This document shows, in pieces, positions 38,628-52,043 of a DNA stretch of 64,000 bases. Source of the stretch: Pristiophorus japonicus (Eukaryota); the NCBI RefSeq assembly GCF_044704955.1, contig NC_091984.1:153202001-153266000 (forward strand), given 5' to 3'. A program made the translations under genes and the position numbers. The notes below the pieces were generated by a model. It was not told where the DNA came from, made no database searches, and was given only the letters and a program-made list of their open reading frames with translations. Numbering within the stretch: the stretch's first letter is position 1; every line of letters starts with the position of its first letter.

Positions 38628-41600
38628 GGTGACAGTATTACTCTTCTGCATGAAGGTATTACTACTCGGGGTGACGCTATTATTCCTCTGGGTGGCGGTA
38701 TTACTCCTCTGTTTTGATATTACTCCTCTGGGTGTCCGTAGTTCTCCTCCGGGTTGATATTACTCCTCTGGGTGTCGTGATTACTCTTCCGGGTGATCGT
38801 ATTACACAACTGGGCGTCGGTATTGCTCCCCTGCGTCTCAGTCCTGCTCCGGTGGGTGTCGGTATTACTCCTCTGGGTGTGGGATTCACTCTTCTGCGTT
38901 TCGTTATTACTCCTCTGGATGACGGTATTACTCCTCTGGGTGTTGGTATTACTTATCTGCATGTCGGTATTACTCCTCTGGGTTTCGGTATTACTCCTCT
39001 GGGTGTCGATATTGCATCTCTGGGTGACGGTATTACTCCTCTGGGTTGTTATTACTCGCCTGGTTGTCGATATTACTCCACTGCGTGTCGGTATTACTCC
39101 TCTGGATGTCGGTATTCATCATCTGGGTGTCGGTATTACTCCATTGGGTGTCGGCATTACTCGTCTGGATGTAGGTATTCCTCCTCTAAATGTCGGTATT
39201 ACTCCTTTGGCTGAGGGTATTAGACCTCTGGGTTTCGGTACTACATCTCTGGGTGTCGGTATTACTGCTCTGTGTGTCGGTATTATTCCTCTCGGTGTAG
39301 TATTGCTCCTCTGGATGTCGGTATTACTCCTCTAGATGTCATTATTACTCCTCTGGGTGACGGTATTACTCCTCTGGATGAAGGCATTACTACTCGTGGT
39401 GACGCTATTACTCCTCTGGGTAGCTGTATTATTCCTCTGGTTTGGTATTACTCGTCTGGGTATAGGTATTACTCATCTTGGTATCGGTATTACTCGTCTG
39501 GGTGTCGGTATTTCTCCTCTCGGTGTCGGTATCACTCCTCTGGGTCTCGATATTTCTCCTCTGGGTGAAGGTATTACTCCTCTTCGTGACCGTTTTGCTC
39601 CACTGCTGTACGATATTATTCCTCTGGATGACAGTATTACTTCTCTGGGTGACGGCATCACCCCTCTGGATTTCTGTATTACGCCTCTGGGTGTCGCTAT
39701 TACTCCTCTGGGTGTCGCTATTACTCCTCTGGATATCGGTATTACTCCTCTCGGTGTCGTTATTGTTCCTCCGGCTGACGGTATTGCTCCTCTGGGTGTC
39801 ATTATTGCTGCTCTAGGTGTAGGTATTACTCCTCTGGGTGGTGACATTACTCATCTGGGTTTCGGTATTACTTATCTGGTCGACAGTATTACTCCTCTGG
39901 TATTGGTATTGCTCCTCTGGTTGTCGGGATTACTCATCTCGGTGACGGCATTACTCCTCTGGGTATCGGTATTGCTCCTCCGGGTGACGACATTACTCCT
40001 CTGGGTGACGGTATCGCTCCTCTCAATGTCAGTCCTACTCCTCTAGATGTCGATTGTACTCCTCTGGCTGTCGGTATTACTCTCTGCGTGACAGTATTGT
40101 TCCTCTGGGTCTCGATATTACTCCACTGGTTGACAGTATTGCTCCTCTGGGTCACAGTATTACTCCTCACTGTTTCGGTAGTACTCCTCTGGGTGACAAT
40201 ATTACTCCTCTGGGTGTCGGGATTACACCGCCGGGTGAAGGAATTACTCAACTGGTTCTCGGTATTGCTTCTCTGGGTCTCTGCAGTGCTCCGCTGCGTG
40301 TCGGTATTACTCCTCAGGATGTCGGTATTACTCTTTTGGGATTCGGTATTACTCCTCTGGGTGACGGTATTACTCCTTTGGTGTTGGTATTACTCCTTTG
40401 CATGTCGGTATTACTCCTATGGGTGTCGGTATTACTCCACGTTGTGACGGTATTACTCCTCTGGATGTCGGTATTACTCCTCTCGGTGTCGGTATTACTC
40501 CTCTGGTGTAGGTATTACTTCTCTGGGTGTCGGTATTACTCCTCTTCGCGCCGGTTTTACTCCTCTGCTTTTCGGTATTAATCCTATGGGTGAAAGTATT
40601 ACTCACCTGGATGTCGGTATTACTTCTCTGGATGTCGGTATTCGTCCTCTGGGTGACGGTATTACTCGTCTGGGTGTCGGTATTACTTCTCTGCATGTCA
40701 GTTATACTTCTCTGGATGTCGCTATTGCTCCTCTGGGTGACGGTATTACTTCTCTTCGCGACGGTTTTACTCCTCTGCTTTTCGGTATTAATCCTCTGGG
40801 TGAAAGTATTACTTCTCTGGGTGACGGTATTACTCCACTGGGTGACGGTATTACTCCTCTGGGTGATGGTATTACTCCTCTGGATATCGGTATTATTCCT
40901 CTGGGTGTTGGTATTACTCCTCTTGTTGACAGTATAACTCCCCTGGGTGACCGTATTACACCTCTGGATATCGGTATTACTCCTCTGAGTGACAGTATTA
41001 CTCCTCTCGATTTAGGTACTTCTACTCGGGGTGATGCTATTACTCCTGTGGGTGGCGGTATTACTCCTCTGGTTTGGTCTTACTCGTCTGGGTGACGGTA
41101 TGACTCCTCTGTGTGTCGATATTACTCATCTGGGTGTTGGTATTACTCCTCTGGGTTGGTATTACTCCTCTGGGTGACGGTATCGCTCCTCTCAATGTCA
41201 GTCCTACTCCTCTAGATGTCGATTGCACTCCTCTGGCTGTCGGTATTACTCTCTGCGTGACAGTATTGTTCCTCTGGGTCTCGATATTACTCCACTGGTT
41301 GACAGTATTGCTCCTCTGGGTCACAGTATTACTCCTCACTGTTTCGGTAGTACTCCTCTGGGTGACAATATTACTCCTCTGGGTGTCGGGATTACACCGC
41401 CGGGTGAAGGAATTACTCAACTGGTTCTCGGTATTGCTTCTCTGGGTCTCTGCATTGCTCCGCTGCGTGTCGGTATTACTCCTCAGGATGTCGGTATTAC
41501 TCTTTTAGGATTCGGTATTACTCCTCTGGGTGACGGTATTACTCCTTTGGTGTTGGTATTACTCCTTTGCATGTCGGTATTACTCCGATGGGTGTCGGTA

Positions 41601-44600
41601 TTACTCCACGTTGTGACGGTATTACTCCTCTGGATGTCGGTATTACTCCTCTCGGTGTCGGTATTACTCCTCTGGTGTCGGTATTACTTCTCTGGGTGTC
41701 GGTATTACTCCTCTTCGCGCCGGTTTTACTCCTCTGCTTTTCGTTATTAATCCTATGGGTGAAAGTATTACTCACCTGGATGTCGGTATTACTTCTCTGG
41801 ATGTCGGTATTCGTCCTCTGGGTGACGGTATTACTCGTCTGGGTGTCGGTATTACTTCTCTGCATGTCAGTTATACTTCTCTTGGTGTCACTATTGCTCC
41901 TCTGGGTGACGGTATTACTCCTCTTCGCGACGGTTTTACTCCTCTGCTTTTCGGTATTAATCCTCTGGGTGAAAGTATTACTTCTCTGGGTGTCGGTATT
42001 ACTCCTCTCGGTGCCGGTATTGCTCCTCTGATTGTCGGTGTTACACTTATGGGTGTCGATATTAGTCCTCTGGGTGTTTGTATTACGCCTCTGGGTGACG
42101 GTGTTACTCCTCTGGGTGTCGGTATTACTCCTCTGGTGTCATTCCTACTCCTCTGGGTGTCGGTATTACTGCGCTTGGTGAAAGTATTACTCATCTGTAT
42201 GTCGGTATTACTTCTCTGGATGTCGGTATTCGTCCTCTGGGTGACAGTATTAGTCGTCTGGGTGTCGGTATTACTCCCCTGCATGTCAGTTATACTTCTC
42301 TGGATGTCGGTATTGCTCCTCTGGGTGACGGTATTACTCCTCTTCGCGACGGTTTCACTCCTCTGCTTTTCGGTATTAATCCACTGGGTGAAAGTATTAC
42401 TCCACTGGATGTCGGCATTACTTCACTGAATGTCGGTATTACTCCTCTGGGTTACGGAATTAGTCTTCTGGGTGTCGGTATTACTCCTGTGGGTGTCGAT
42501 ATTGCATCTCTGGGTGAAGGTATTACTCATCTGGATTGTTATTACTGGCCTGGTTGTCGATATTACTCCACTGCGTGTCGGTATTACTCCTCTGGATGTC
42601 GGTATTCATCATCTGGGTGTCGGTATTACTCCACTGGGTGTCGGCATTACTCCTCTGGATGTCGGTTTTCCTCCTCTAAATGTCGGTATTACTCCTCTGG
42701 CTGAGGGTATTAGTACTCTGGGTTTCGGTACTACATCTCTGGGTGTCGGTATTACTCCACTGGGTGTCGGTATTTCTCCTCTCGGTATCGGTATCACTCC
42801 TCTGGGTCTCGGTATAGCTAATCTTGGTGACAGTATTACTCCTCTTCGCGACGGTTTCACTCCTCTGCTTTTCGGTATTATTCCTCTGGGTGAAAGTATT
42901 ACTTCTCTGGGTGACGGTATTACTCCTCTGGATTTCGGAATTACTGCCCTCGGTGCCGGTATTGCTCCTCTGAGTGTCGGTATTACACTTAGGGGTGTCG
43001 ATATTAGTCCGCTGCGTGTTTGTATTACTCCTCGGTGACCGTATTACTCCTCTGGGTGTCGGTATTACTCCTCTGGTGTCATTCTTACTCCTCTGGGTGT
43101 CGGTATTGCTCCGCTTGGTGAAAGTATTACTCGCCTGGGTGTCGGTATTACTCCCCTCCATGTCAGTTATACTTCTCTGGATGTCGGTATTGCTCCTCTG
43201 GGTGACGGTATTACTCCTCTGGATTTCGGAATTACTGCCCTGGTTGTCAGTATTACTCCTCTGGTTGTCGCTATTACTCATCTGGGTGTCGGTATTACTC
43301 CTCTCGGTGCCGGTATTGCTCCTCTGAGTGTCGGTATTGCACTTCTGGGTGTCGATATTAGTCCTCTGGGTGTTTGTATTACTCCTCTGGGTGACGGTAT
43401 TACTCCTCTGGACGTCGGAATGACTCCCATGTATGAGAGTATTACTCCTCTGGGTGACGGTATTATTCCTCTGGATGTCGGCATTACTCATCTGGATGTC
43501 CGTATTACTCCTCTAGATGACGGTATTACTCCTCTGGATGACGGTATTACTTCTCTGGATGTCGGCATTACTCATCTGGATGTCCGTATTACTCCTCTGG
43601 ATGACGGTATTACTCATCTGGATGTCGTTATTACTGATCTGGGTGTCTACATTACTACTATGGGTGTCGGTGTTACTCCTCTGGATGTCGGGATTACTCC
43701 TCTGCTATCGGTATTACTTCTCTGGATGTCGGTATTGTTCCCCTGGGTGACAGTACTTCTCCTCTCGGTGATGCTATTACCCATCTGGGTGATGGTATTA
43801 CTCCTCTGAATGTCTGTATTATTCCTCTGCGTGTCGGTATTACTCCTCTCGGTAACGGTATAACTCCCCTGGGTGATCGTATTACTCCTCTGGATATCGG
43901 TAATAGTCCTCTACATGAGAGTATTGCTCCTCCGGGTGTCGGTATTACTCCTCTGGGTATCGGTAGTACTCTTCTGGGTGAAGGTATTACTCAACTTGTT
44001 GTCGGTATTGCTCCTCTGTGTCTCGGTATTGCTTCGCTGGGTGTCGGTATTACTCCTCTGGGTGACGGTATTACTCGTCTTGGTGTTGGTATTACTCCTC
44101 TACATTTCGGTATTATACCTCTGCGTGTCGGTATTACTCCACTTGGTGACTGTATTACTCCTCTAGATGTCGGTATTACTACTCTGGGTGTCGGTATTAC
44201 TCCTGTGGTTGTCGTATTACTCCTCTGTGTGTCGGTATTATTCGTCTTGTTGAAAGTATTACTCTTCTGCATGTCGGCATTACTTCTCTGAATGTCGGTA
44301 TTACTCCTCTGGGTGACGGTATTAGTCCTCTGGGTGTCGGTATTACTCCTCTGGGTGTCGATATTGCATCTCTGGGTGACGGTATTACTCCTCTGGGTTG
44401 TTATTACTCGCCTGGTTGTCGATATTACTCCACTGCGTGTCGGTATTACTCCTCTGGATGTTGGTATTCATCATCTGGGTGTCGGTATTACTCCATTGGG
44501 TGTCGGCATTACTCCTCTGGATGTCGGTATTCCTTCTATAAATGTCGGTATTACTCCTCTGGCTGAGGGTATCAGTCCTCTGGGTTTAGGTACTACATCT

Positions 44601-47600
44601 CTGGTTGTCGGTATTACTGCTCTGGCTGACGGTATTACTCCTCTGGATGTCAGTAGTATTCATCTGGATGTCGGTATTACTCCTCTGGGAGACGTTATTA
44701 TTCATCTGTGTATCATTATTATTCCTCTGGATGTCGGTAGTACTCCACTGGGTGACGGTATTACTCAACTGGGTGACGGTATTAATCCTCTGGGTGATGG
44801 TATTAATCCTCTAGATGTCGGTCTTATTCCTCTGGGTGTCGCTATTACTCCTCTCGGTGACGGATTAACTCCCATGAGTGACCGTATTACTCCTCTGGAT
44901 ATAGGTATTACTCCTCTGGGTGACAGTATTACCCCTCTGCATGAAGGTATTACTACTCGGGGTGACGCTATTATTCCTCTGGGTAGCGGTTTTACTCCTC
45001 TGCTTTGATATTACTCCTCTGGGTGTCCGTAGTACTCCTCTGGGTTCATATTACTCCTCTGGGTGTCGTGATTACTCTTCCGGGTGACGTATTACATAAC
45101 TGGGCGTCGGTATTGCTCCCCTGCATCTCAGTCCTGCTCCGGTGGGTGTCGGTATTACTCCTCTGGTTGTGGGATTGACTCTTCTGCGTTTCGTTATTAC
45201 TCCTCTGGATGACGGTATTACTCCTCTGGGTGTTGGTATTACTTCTCTGCATGTCGGTATTACTCCTCTGGGTGACGGAATCATTCCTCTGGGTTTCGGT
45301 ATTACTCCTCTGGGTGTCGATATTGCATCTCTGGGTGACGGTATTACTCCTCTGGGTTGTTATTACTCGCCTGGTTGTCGATATTACTCCACTGCGTTTC
45401 GGTATTACTCCTCTGGATGTCGGTATTCATCATCTGGGTGTCGGTATTACTCCATTGGGTGTCGGCATTACTCCTCTGGATGTAGGTATTCCTCCTCTAA
45501 ATGTCGATATTACTCCTTTGGCTGAGGGTATTAGTCCTCTGGGTTTCGGTACTACATCTCTGGGTGTGGGTATTACTGCTCTGTGTGTCGGTATTATTCC
45601 TCTCGGTGTAGTATTGCTCCTCTGGATGTCGGTATTGCTCCTCTAGATGTCAGTATTGCAATTCTGCGTGTCGGAATGACGCCTCTGTATGTCGGTATTA
45701 CTCCCCTGGGTGACGGTATTACTCCTCTGGGTGACGGTATTACTCCTGTGGGTGATGGTATTAATCCTCTGGATGTCGGTATTATTCCACTGGGTGTCGG
45801 TATTACTCCTCTCAGTGACGGCTTAACTCCCCTGGCTGACCGTATTACTTCTCTGGATATCGGTATTTCTCCTCTGGGTGACAGTATTGCTCCTCTGGAT
45901 GAAGTTATTACTACTCGTGGTGAAGCTATTACTCCTCTGGGTAGCGGTATTATTCCTCTGGTTTGGTATTACTCGTCTGAGTATCGGTATTACTCCTCTT
46001 GGTGTCGGTATTACTCATCTGGGTGTCGGTATTTTTCAACTCGGTGTCGGTATCACTCCTCTGGGTCTCGATATTGCTCCTCTGGGTGAAGATATTACTC
46101 CTCTTCGTGACCGTTTTGCTCCACTGCTGTACGATATTATTCCTCTGGGTGACAGTATTACTTCTCTGAGTGACGGCATCACCCCTCTGGAATTCTGTAT
46201 TACGCCTCTGGGTGTCGCTATTCCTCATCAGGGTGTAGCTATTACTCCTCAGGGTGACGGTATTACTCCTCTCGGTGTCGTTATTGTTCCTCCGGCTGAC
46301 GGTATTGCTCCTCTGTGTGTCATTATTGCTGCTCTAGGTGTAGGTATTACTCCTCTGGGTGATGACATTATTCATCTTGGGTTCGGTATTACTCCTCTGG
46401 TCGACAGTATTACTCCTCTTGGTATTGGTATTGCTCCTCTGGTTGTCGGGATTACTCAACTCGGTGACGGCATTACTCCTCTGGATATCGGTATTACTCC
46501 TCTGGGTGACGACATTACTCATCTGGGTGACGATATCGCTCCTCTCAGTGTCGGCACTACTCCTCTAGATGTCGATAGTACGCCTCTGGCTGTCGGTATT
46601 ACTCTCTGCGTGACAGTATTACTCCTCTGGGTCACAGTATTACTCCTCAGTGTTTCGGTAGTACTCATCTCGGTGACAATATTACTCCTCTGTGTGTCGG
46701 AATTACTCCTCTGGCTGTCGGTATTACTCTTCTGGGTTCCAAAATTACTCCTCTCGGTGACGGTATTACTCCTCTGGTTTTCAGTATTATTGCTCTGGCT
46801 GACAATATTACTCATCTGGGTGTCTGTATTAATCATGTGGTGTCTGTATTACTCCTCTGGGTGACAGTATTACACCTCTGTGTGATGTCATTACTCCTCT
46901 TCGTGACGGTTTTACTCCCCTGCGTTTCGCCATTACTCCTCTGGGTGACTGTATTACACCTCTGGAAATCCTTATTACTCCTCTGGGTATCGGTGTTGCT
47001 CCTCTGTGTGTCGGTATTGCCCCTCTGGGTGTAGGTATTACTCCTCTGGATGAAGGCATTACTGATTAGGTTTTCGGTTTTTCTCCTCTGGTTACAGTAT
47101 TAGTCCTCTGGGTGTTGGTATTGCTCCTCTGGTTGTCGGAATTACTCATCTGGGTGACGGCATTACTCCTCTGGGTATCGGTATTACTTCTCTGGTTGAC
47201 GGTATTACTCGTCTGGGTGGCGGTATTGCTCCTCTCGGTGTCAGTACTACTCTAGATGTCGATATTACTATACTGGCTGTCGGTATTCCTCTCTGGGTGG
47301 CAGTATTATTCCTCTGGGTCTCAGTATTACTTCTCAGTGTGTCGTAGTACTGCTCTGGGTGACAATATTACTCCTCTGGGTGACGGGATTACTTCTCTGG
47401 CTGTCGGTATTACTACTCTTGGTGACAATATTACTCCTCTGGGTGACGGTATTACTCCTCTGGTTATTAGTATTACTCGTCTGGCTGACAATTTTACTCA
47501 TCTGGGTGTAGGTATTAATAATCTGGTGTCTGTATTACTCCTATGGGTGACAGTATTACTCCTCTGTGTGATGGTATTACTCCTCCGGTTGACAGTATTA

Positions 47601-50600
47601 CTCCTCTTGTCACAGTATTAGTCCTCAGTGTGTCGGTAGTACTCATCTGGGTGGCATTATTGCTCCTCTGGGAGTCGGGATTACACCTCTGGCTGTCGGT
47701 ATTACTTCTCTGGGTGACAATATTACTCTTCTGTGTGACGGCATTACTCCTCTGGTTATCAGTATTATTGCTCTGGCTGACAATATTTACTCATCTGGGT
47801 GTCTGTATTAATCATGTGGTGTCTGTATTATTCCTCTGGGTGACAGTACTACTCCTCTGTGTGATGGCATTACTCCTCTTCGTGACGGTTTTACTCCCCT
47901 GCGTTTCGTTATTACTCCTCTGGGTGATGGTATTACACCTCTGGAAATCGGTATTACTCATCTCTGTGTTAGTGTTGCGCCTATGGGTGTCGGTATTGCT
48001 CCTCTGGATGTAGGTATTACTCATCTGGATGACAACATTACTGATCTGGTTTTCGGTATTACTCCTCTGGTTACAGTATTAATCCTCTGGGTGTTGGTAT
48101 TGCTCCTCTTTTTGTCGGTATTACTCATCTGGGTGACGGCATTACTCCTCTGGGTATCGGTATTACTTCTCTGGGTGACGGTATTACTCGTCTTGGTGGC
48201 GGTATTGTTCATCTCTGTGTCGGTACTACTCCTCTAGATGTCGATATTACTCTTCTGGCTGTCGGTATTAGTCTCTGGGTGACAGTATTATTCCTCTGGG
48301 TCTTAGTATTAATCCACTGGGTGACAGTATTATTCCTCTGGTTGACAGTATTACTACTCAGTATGTCGGTAGTACTGCTCTCGAAGACAATATTACTCCT
48401 CTGGGTGACGGGATTATTCCTCCGCCTCTCGGTGTTACTCCTCTGGCTGTCGGTATTACTCCTCTGGTTGTAGGTATTACTCCTATGGGTGCCAGTATAT
48501 CTCCTGTTGGCGACAGTATTGCTCCTCTGGATGGTGGCATTACTTCTCTGGATGTCGGTATTACCCCTCTGGGTGACGATATCACTCCTCTGGGTTTCGG
48601 TATTGCTCCTCTGGGTGACGGTATTACTGCTATTCGTGGCGATTTTGCTCTCCTGATATTCGGTATTATTCCTCTGGATGACAATATTACTTCTCTGGAT
48701 GACGGCATCAAACCTCTGGATTTCGGTATTACGCCTCTGAGTGTCGGTAGTACACCTCTGGGTGTCGCTATTACTTCTCTGGATGTCGGTATTACTCCTC
48801 TCGGTGTAGTTATTGCTCCTCCGAATGTTGGTATTGCTCCTCTGGATGTCGATATTAATACTCTGTGTGTCTGCATTACTCCTCTGGGTGTCGGTATTAC
48901 TCCTCTGGGTGTCGGCTTTGCTCCTCTGGGTGACGGATCCACTCCTGTGGATGTCGGTATTACTCCTCTGGCTGTCGCTATTGCTCCTCTGGGTGTCAGT
49001 ATTGCTCCTCCGGATGTAGGTATTACTCCTCTGGGCGATGGCATTACTCATCTGGGTTCTGGTATTACTCCTCTGGTCGACAGTATTACTCCTCTGGGTA
49101 TCGGCATTACTTCTCTGGGTGACGGTATTACTCGTCTGGGTGACGGATTTACTCATGTGGATGCCGGTATTACTCCTCTGGCTGTCGGTAATGCTCCTCT
49201 GGGTGTCAGTATTGCTCCTCTGGATGTAGGTATTACTCCTCTGGGCGATGGCATTACTCATCTGGGTTTTGGTAATACTCCTCTGGTCGACAGCATTACT
49301 CCTCTGGGTATCGGCATTACTTCTCTGGGTGACGCTATTACTCGTCTGGGTGGCGGTATTGCTCCTCTCGGTGTCAGTACTACTCCTCTAGATGACGATA
49401 TTAATCTTCTGGCTGTCGGTATTACTCTCTGGGTGACAGTATTATTCCTCTTGGTCTCAGTATTACTCCACTGGGTGACAGTATTACTCCTCTGGGTGAC
49501 ATTATTACTCCTCAGTGTGTCGGTAGTACTGCTCTGGGTGACAATATTACTCTTCTGGGTGACGGGATTACTCCTCTGGCTGTCGGTATTAATCCTCTCT
49601 GTCACAATATTACTCCTCTGGGTGACGGTATGACTCGTCTGGTTATCAGTATTACTCCTCTGGCTGACAATATTACTCATCTGGGTGTCGGTATTAACAA
49701 TCTGGTGTCTGTATTACTCCTGTGGGTGACAGTATTACTCCTATGGGAGTTGGTATTACACCTCTGCATGTCGGTATTACTCCTCTGGGCATCGGTATTT
49801 CTCCTGTTGGCGACAGTATTGCTCCTCTGGATGGTGGTATTACTTCTCTGGATGTCGGTATTACACCTCTGGCTGACGATATCACTCCTCTGGGTGTCGG
49901 TATTGCTCCTCTGGGTGACTGTATTACTCCTCTTCGTGAAGGTTTTGCTTCCCTGCTATTCGGTATTATTCCTCTGGATGACAGTATTACTTCTCTGAAT
50001 GACGGCATCAAACCTCTGGATTTCGGTATTACGCCTCTGAGTGTCGGTATTACACCTCTGGGTGTCGCTATTACTCCTCTGGATCTCGGTATTACTCCTC
50101 TTGGTGTAGTTACTGCTCCTCAGAATGTTGGTATTGCTCCTCTGGATGTCGATATTAATCCTCTGTGTGTCTGCATTACTCCTATGGGTGTCGGTATTAG
50201 TCCTCAGGGTGTCGGTCTTGCTCCTCTGGGCGACGGTCTTACTCGTGTGGATGTCGGTATTACTCCTCTGGCTGCCGGTATTGCTCCTCTGGGTGGCAGT
50301 ATTACTCCTCTGGATGTAGGTATTACTCCTCTGGCCGATGGCATTACTCATCTGTGTTCCGGTATTATTCCTCTGGGACTCGGTATTACACCACCTGTTG
50401 ACAGTATTACTCCTCTGGTCACAGTATTAGTCCTCAGTGTGTCGGCAGTACTCACCTGAGTAGCAATATTACTCCTCTGTGTGTCGAGATTACTCCTTTG
50501 GCTGTCGGTATTACTTCTCTTTGTGACAATATTACTCTTCTTGATGACGGTATTACTTCTCTGGTTATCAGTATTATTCCTCTGGCTGACAATATGACTC

Positions 50601-52043
50601 ACCTGGGTGTCTGCATTAATCCTGTGGCGTCTGTATTAATCCTCTGGTTTACAGTATTACTCATCTGCGTGATGTTATTAATCCTCTTCCTGATGGTTTT
50701 ACTCCTCTGCGTTTCGGTATTACTCCTCTGGGTGACGGTATTACTTCTCTGGATATCAGTATTACAATTCTGAGTATTGGTATTGCTGCTCTGGATGTTG
50801 ATATTTCTCCTCTGGGTGTAGGTATTACTCCACTGTGTGATGACATTACTCAGCTGGGTTTTGGTATTGCTCCTCCGGTTGTCGGTATTACTCATCTGGG
50901 TGATGGCATTACTCCTCTGGGTATCGGTATTACTCCTATGGGTGTCGGTATTACTCCACGTTGTGACGGTATTACTCCTCTGGATGTCGATATTACTCCT
51001 CACGGTGACGGTATTACTCCTCTGGTGTCGGTATTACTCATCTGGGTGTCGGTATTACTCCTCTTCGCGCCGGTTTTACTCCTCTGCTTTTCGGTATTAA
51101 TCCTATGGGTGAAAGTATTACTCACGTGGATTTCGGTATTACTTCGCTGGATGTCGGTATTCGTCCTCTGGGTGACGGTATTACTCGTCTGGGTGTCGGT
51201 ATTACTCCTCTGCATGTCAATTATACTTCTCTGGATGTCGCTATTGCTCCTCTGGGTGACGGTATTACTCCTCTTCGCGACGGTTTTACTCCTCTGCTTT
51301 TCGGTATTAATCCTCTGGGTGAAAGTATTACTTCTCTGGGTGACGGTATTACTCCACTGGGTGACGGTATTACTCGTCTGGGTGATGGTATTACTCCTCT
51401 GGATATCGGTATTATTCCTCTGGGTGTTGGTATTACTCCTCTTGTTGACAGTATAACTCCCCTGGGTGACCGTATTACCCCTCTGGATATCGGTATTACT
51501 CCTCTGGGTGACAGTATTACTCCTCTCGATTTAGGTACTACTCCTCGGGGTGAAGCTATTACTCCTGTGGGTGGCGGTATTACTCCTCTGGTTTGGTATT
51601 ACTCGTCTGGGTGTCGGTATGACTCCTCTGTGTGTCGATATTACTCATTTGGGTGTTGGTATTACTCCTCTGGGTTGGTATTACTCCTCTGGGTGTCGGG
51701 ATTACACCGGCGGGTGACGGAATTACTCAACTGGGTGTCGGTATTGCTCCTCTGGGTTTCTGCATTGCTCCGCTGCATGTCGGTATTACTCATCAGGGTG
51801 TCGGTATTACTCGTTTGCGTTTCGGTATTACTCATCTGGGTGACGGTATTACTCCTTTGGTGTTGGTATTACTCCTCTGCATGTTGGTATTACTCCTATG
51901 GGTGTCGGTATTACTCCTCTGGATGTCTGTATTACTCCTCTGGGTGTCGGTATTACTCCTCTGTTGTCGGTATTGCTCCTCTGGATAGCGGTTGTAATCC
52001 TCTTGGTGACAATATTACTCAACTGGATGTCGGTATTACTACT
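38628..52043 (+). repeat. Right arm of the 13.4-kb inverted repeat
   Basis: 38628 GGTGACAGTATTACTCTTCTGCATGAAGG is the reverse complement of the sequence ending at 37909. AACTGGATGTCGGTATTACTACT ending at 52043 is the reverse complement of the sequence starting at 24494. Confidence 0.96.
39990..41990 (+). repeat. Local direct duplication, period 1169 bp (second copy partial, ~830 bp); mirrored at ~34550-36550
   Basis: The private marker GGTATCGCTCCTCTCAATGTCAGTCCTACTCC follows 40001 and 41170. ORF pairs 40054/41223 and 40586/41755. Confidence 0.88.

Noticed and set aside
24494-52043. Foldback transposon or other element with long terminal inverted repeats
   Set aside because: The arms are ordinary array sequence, and the right arm continues seamlessly into flanking satellite at 52044. 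No target-site duplication or transposase is present.
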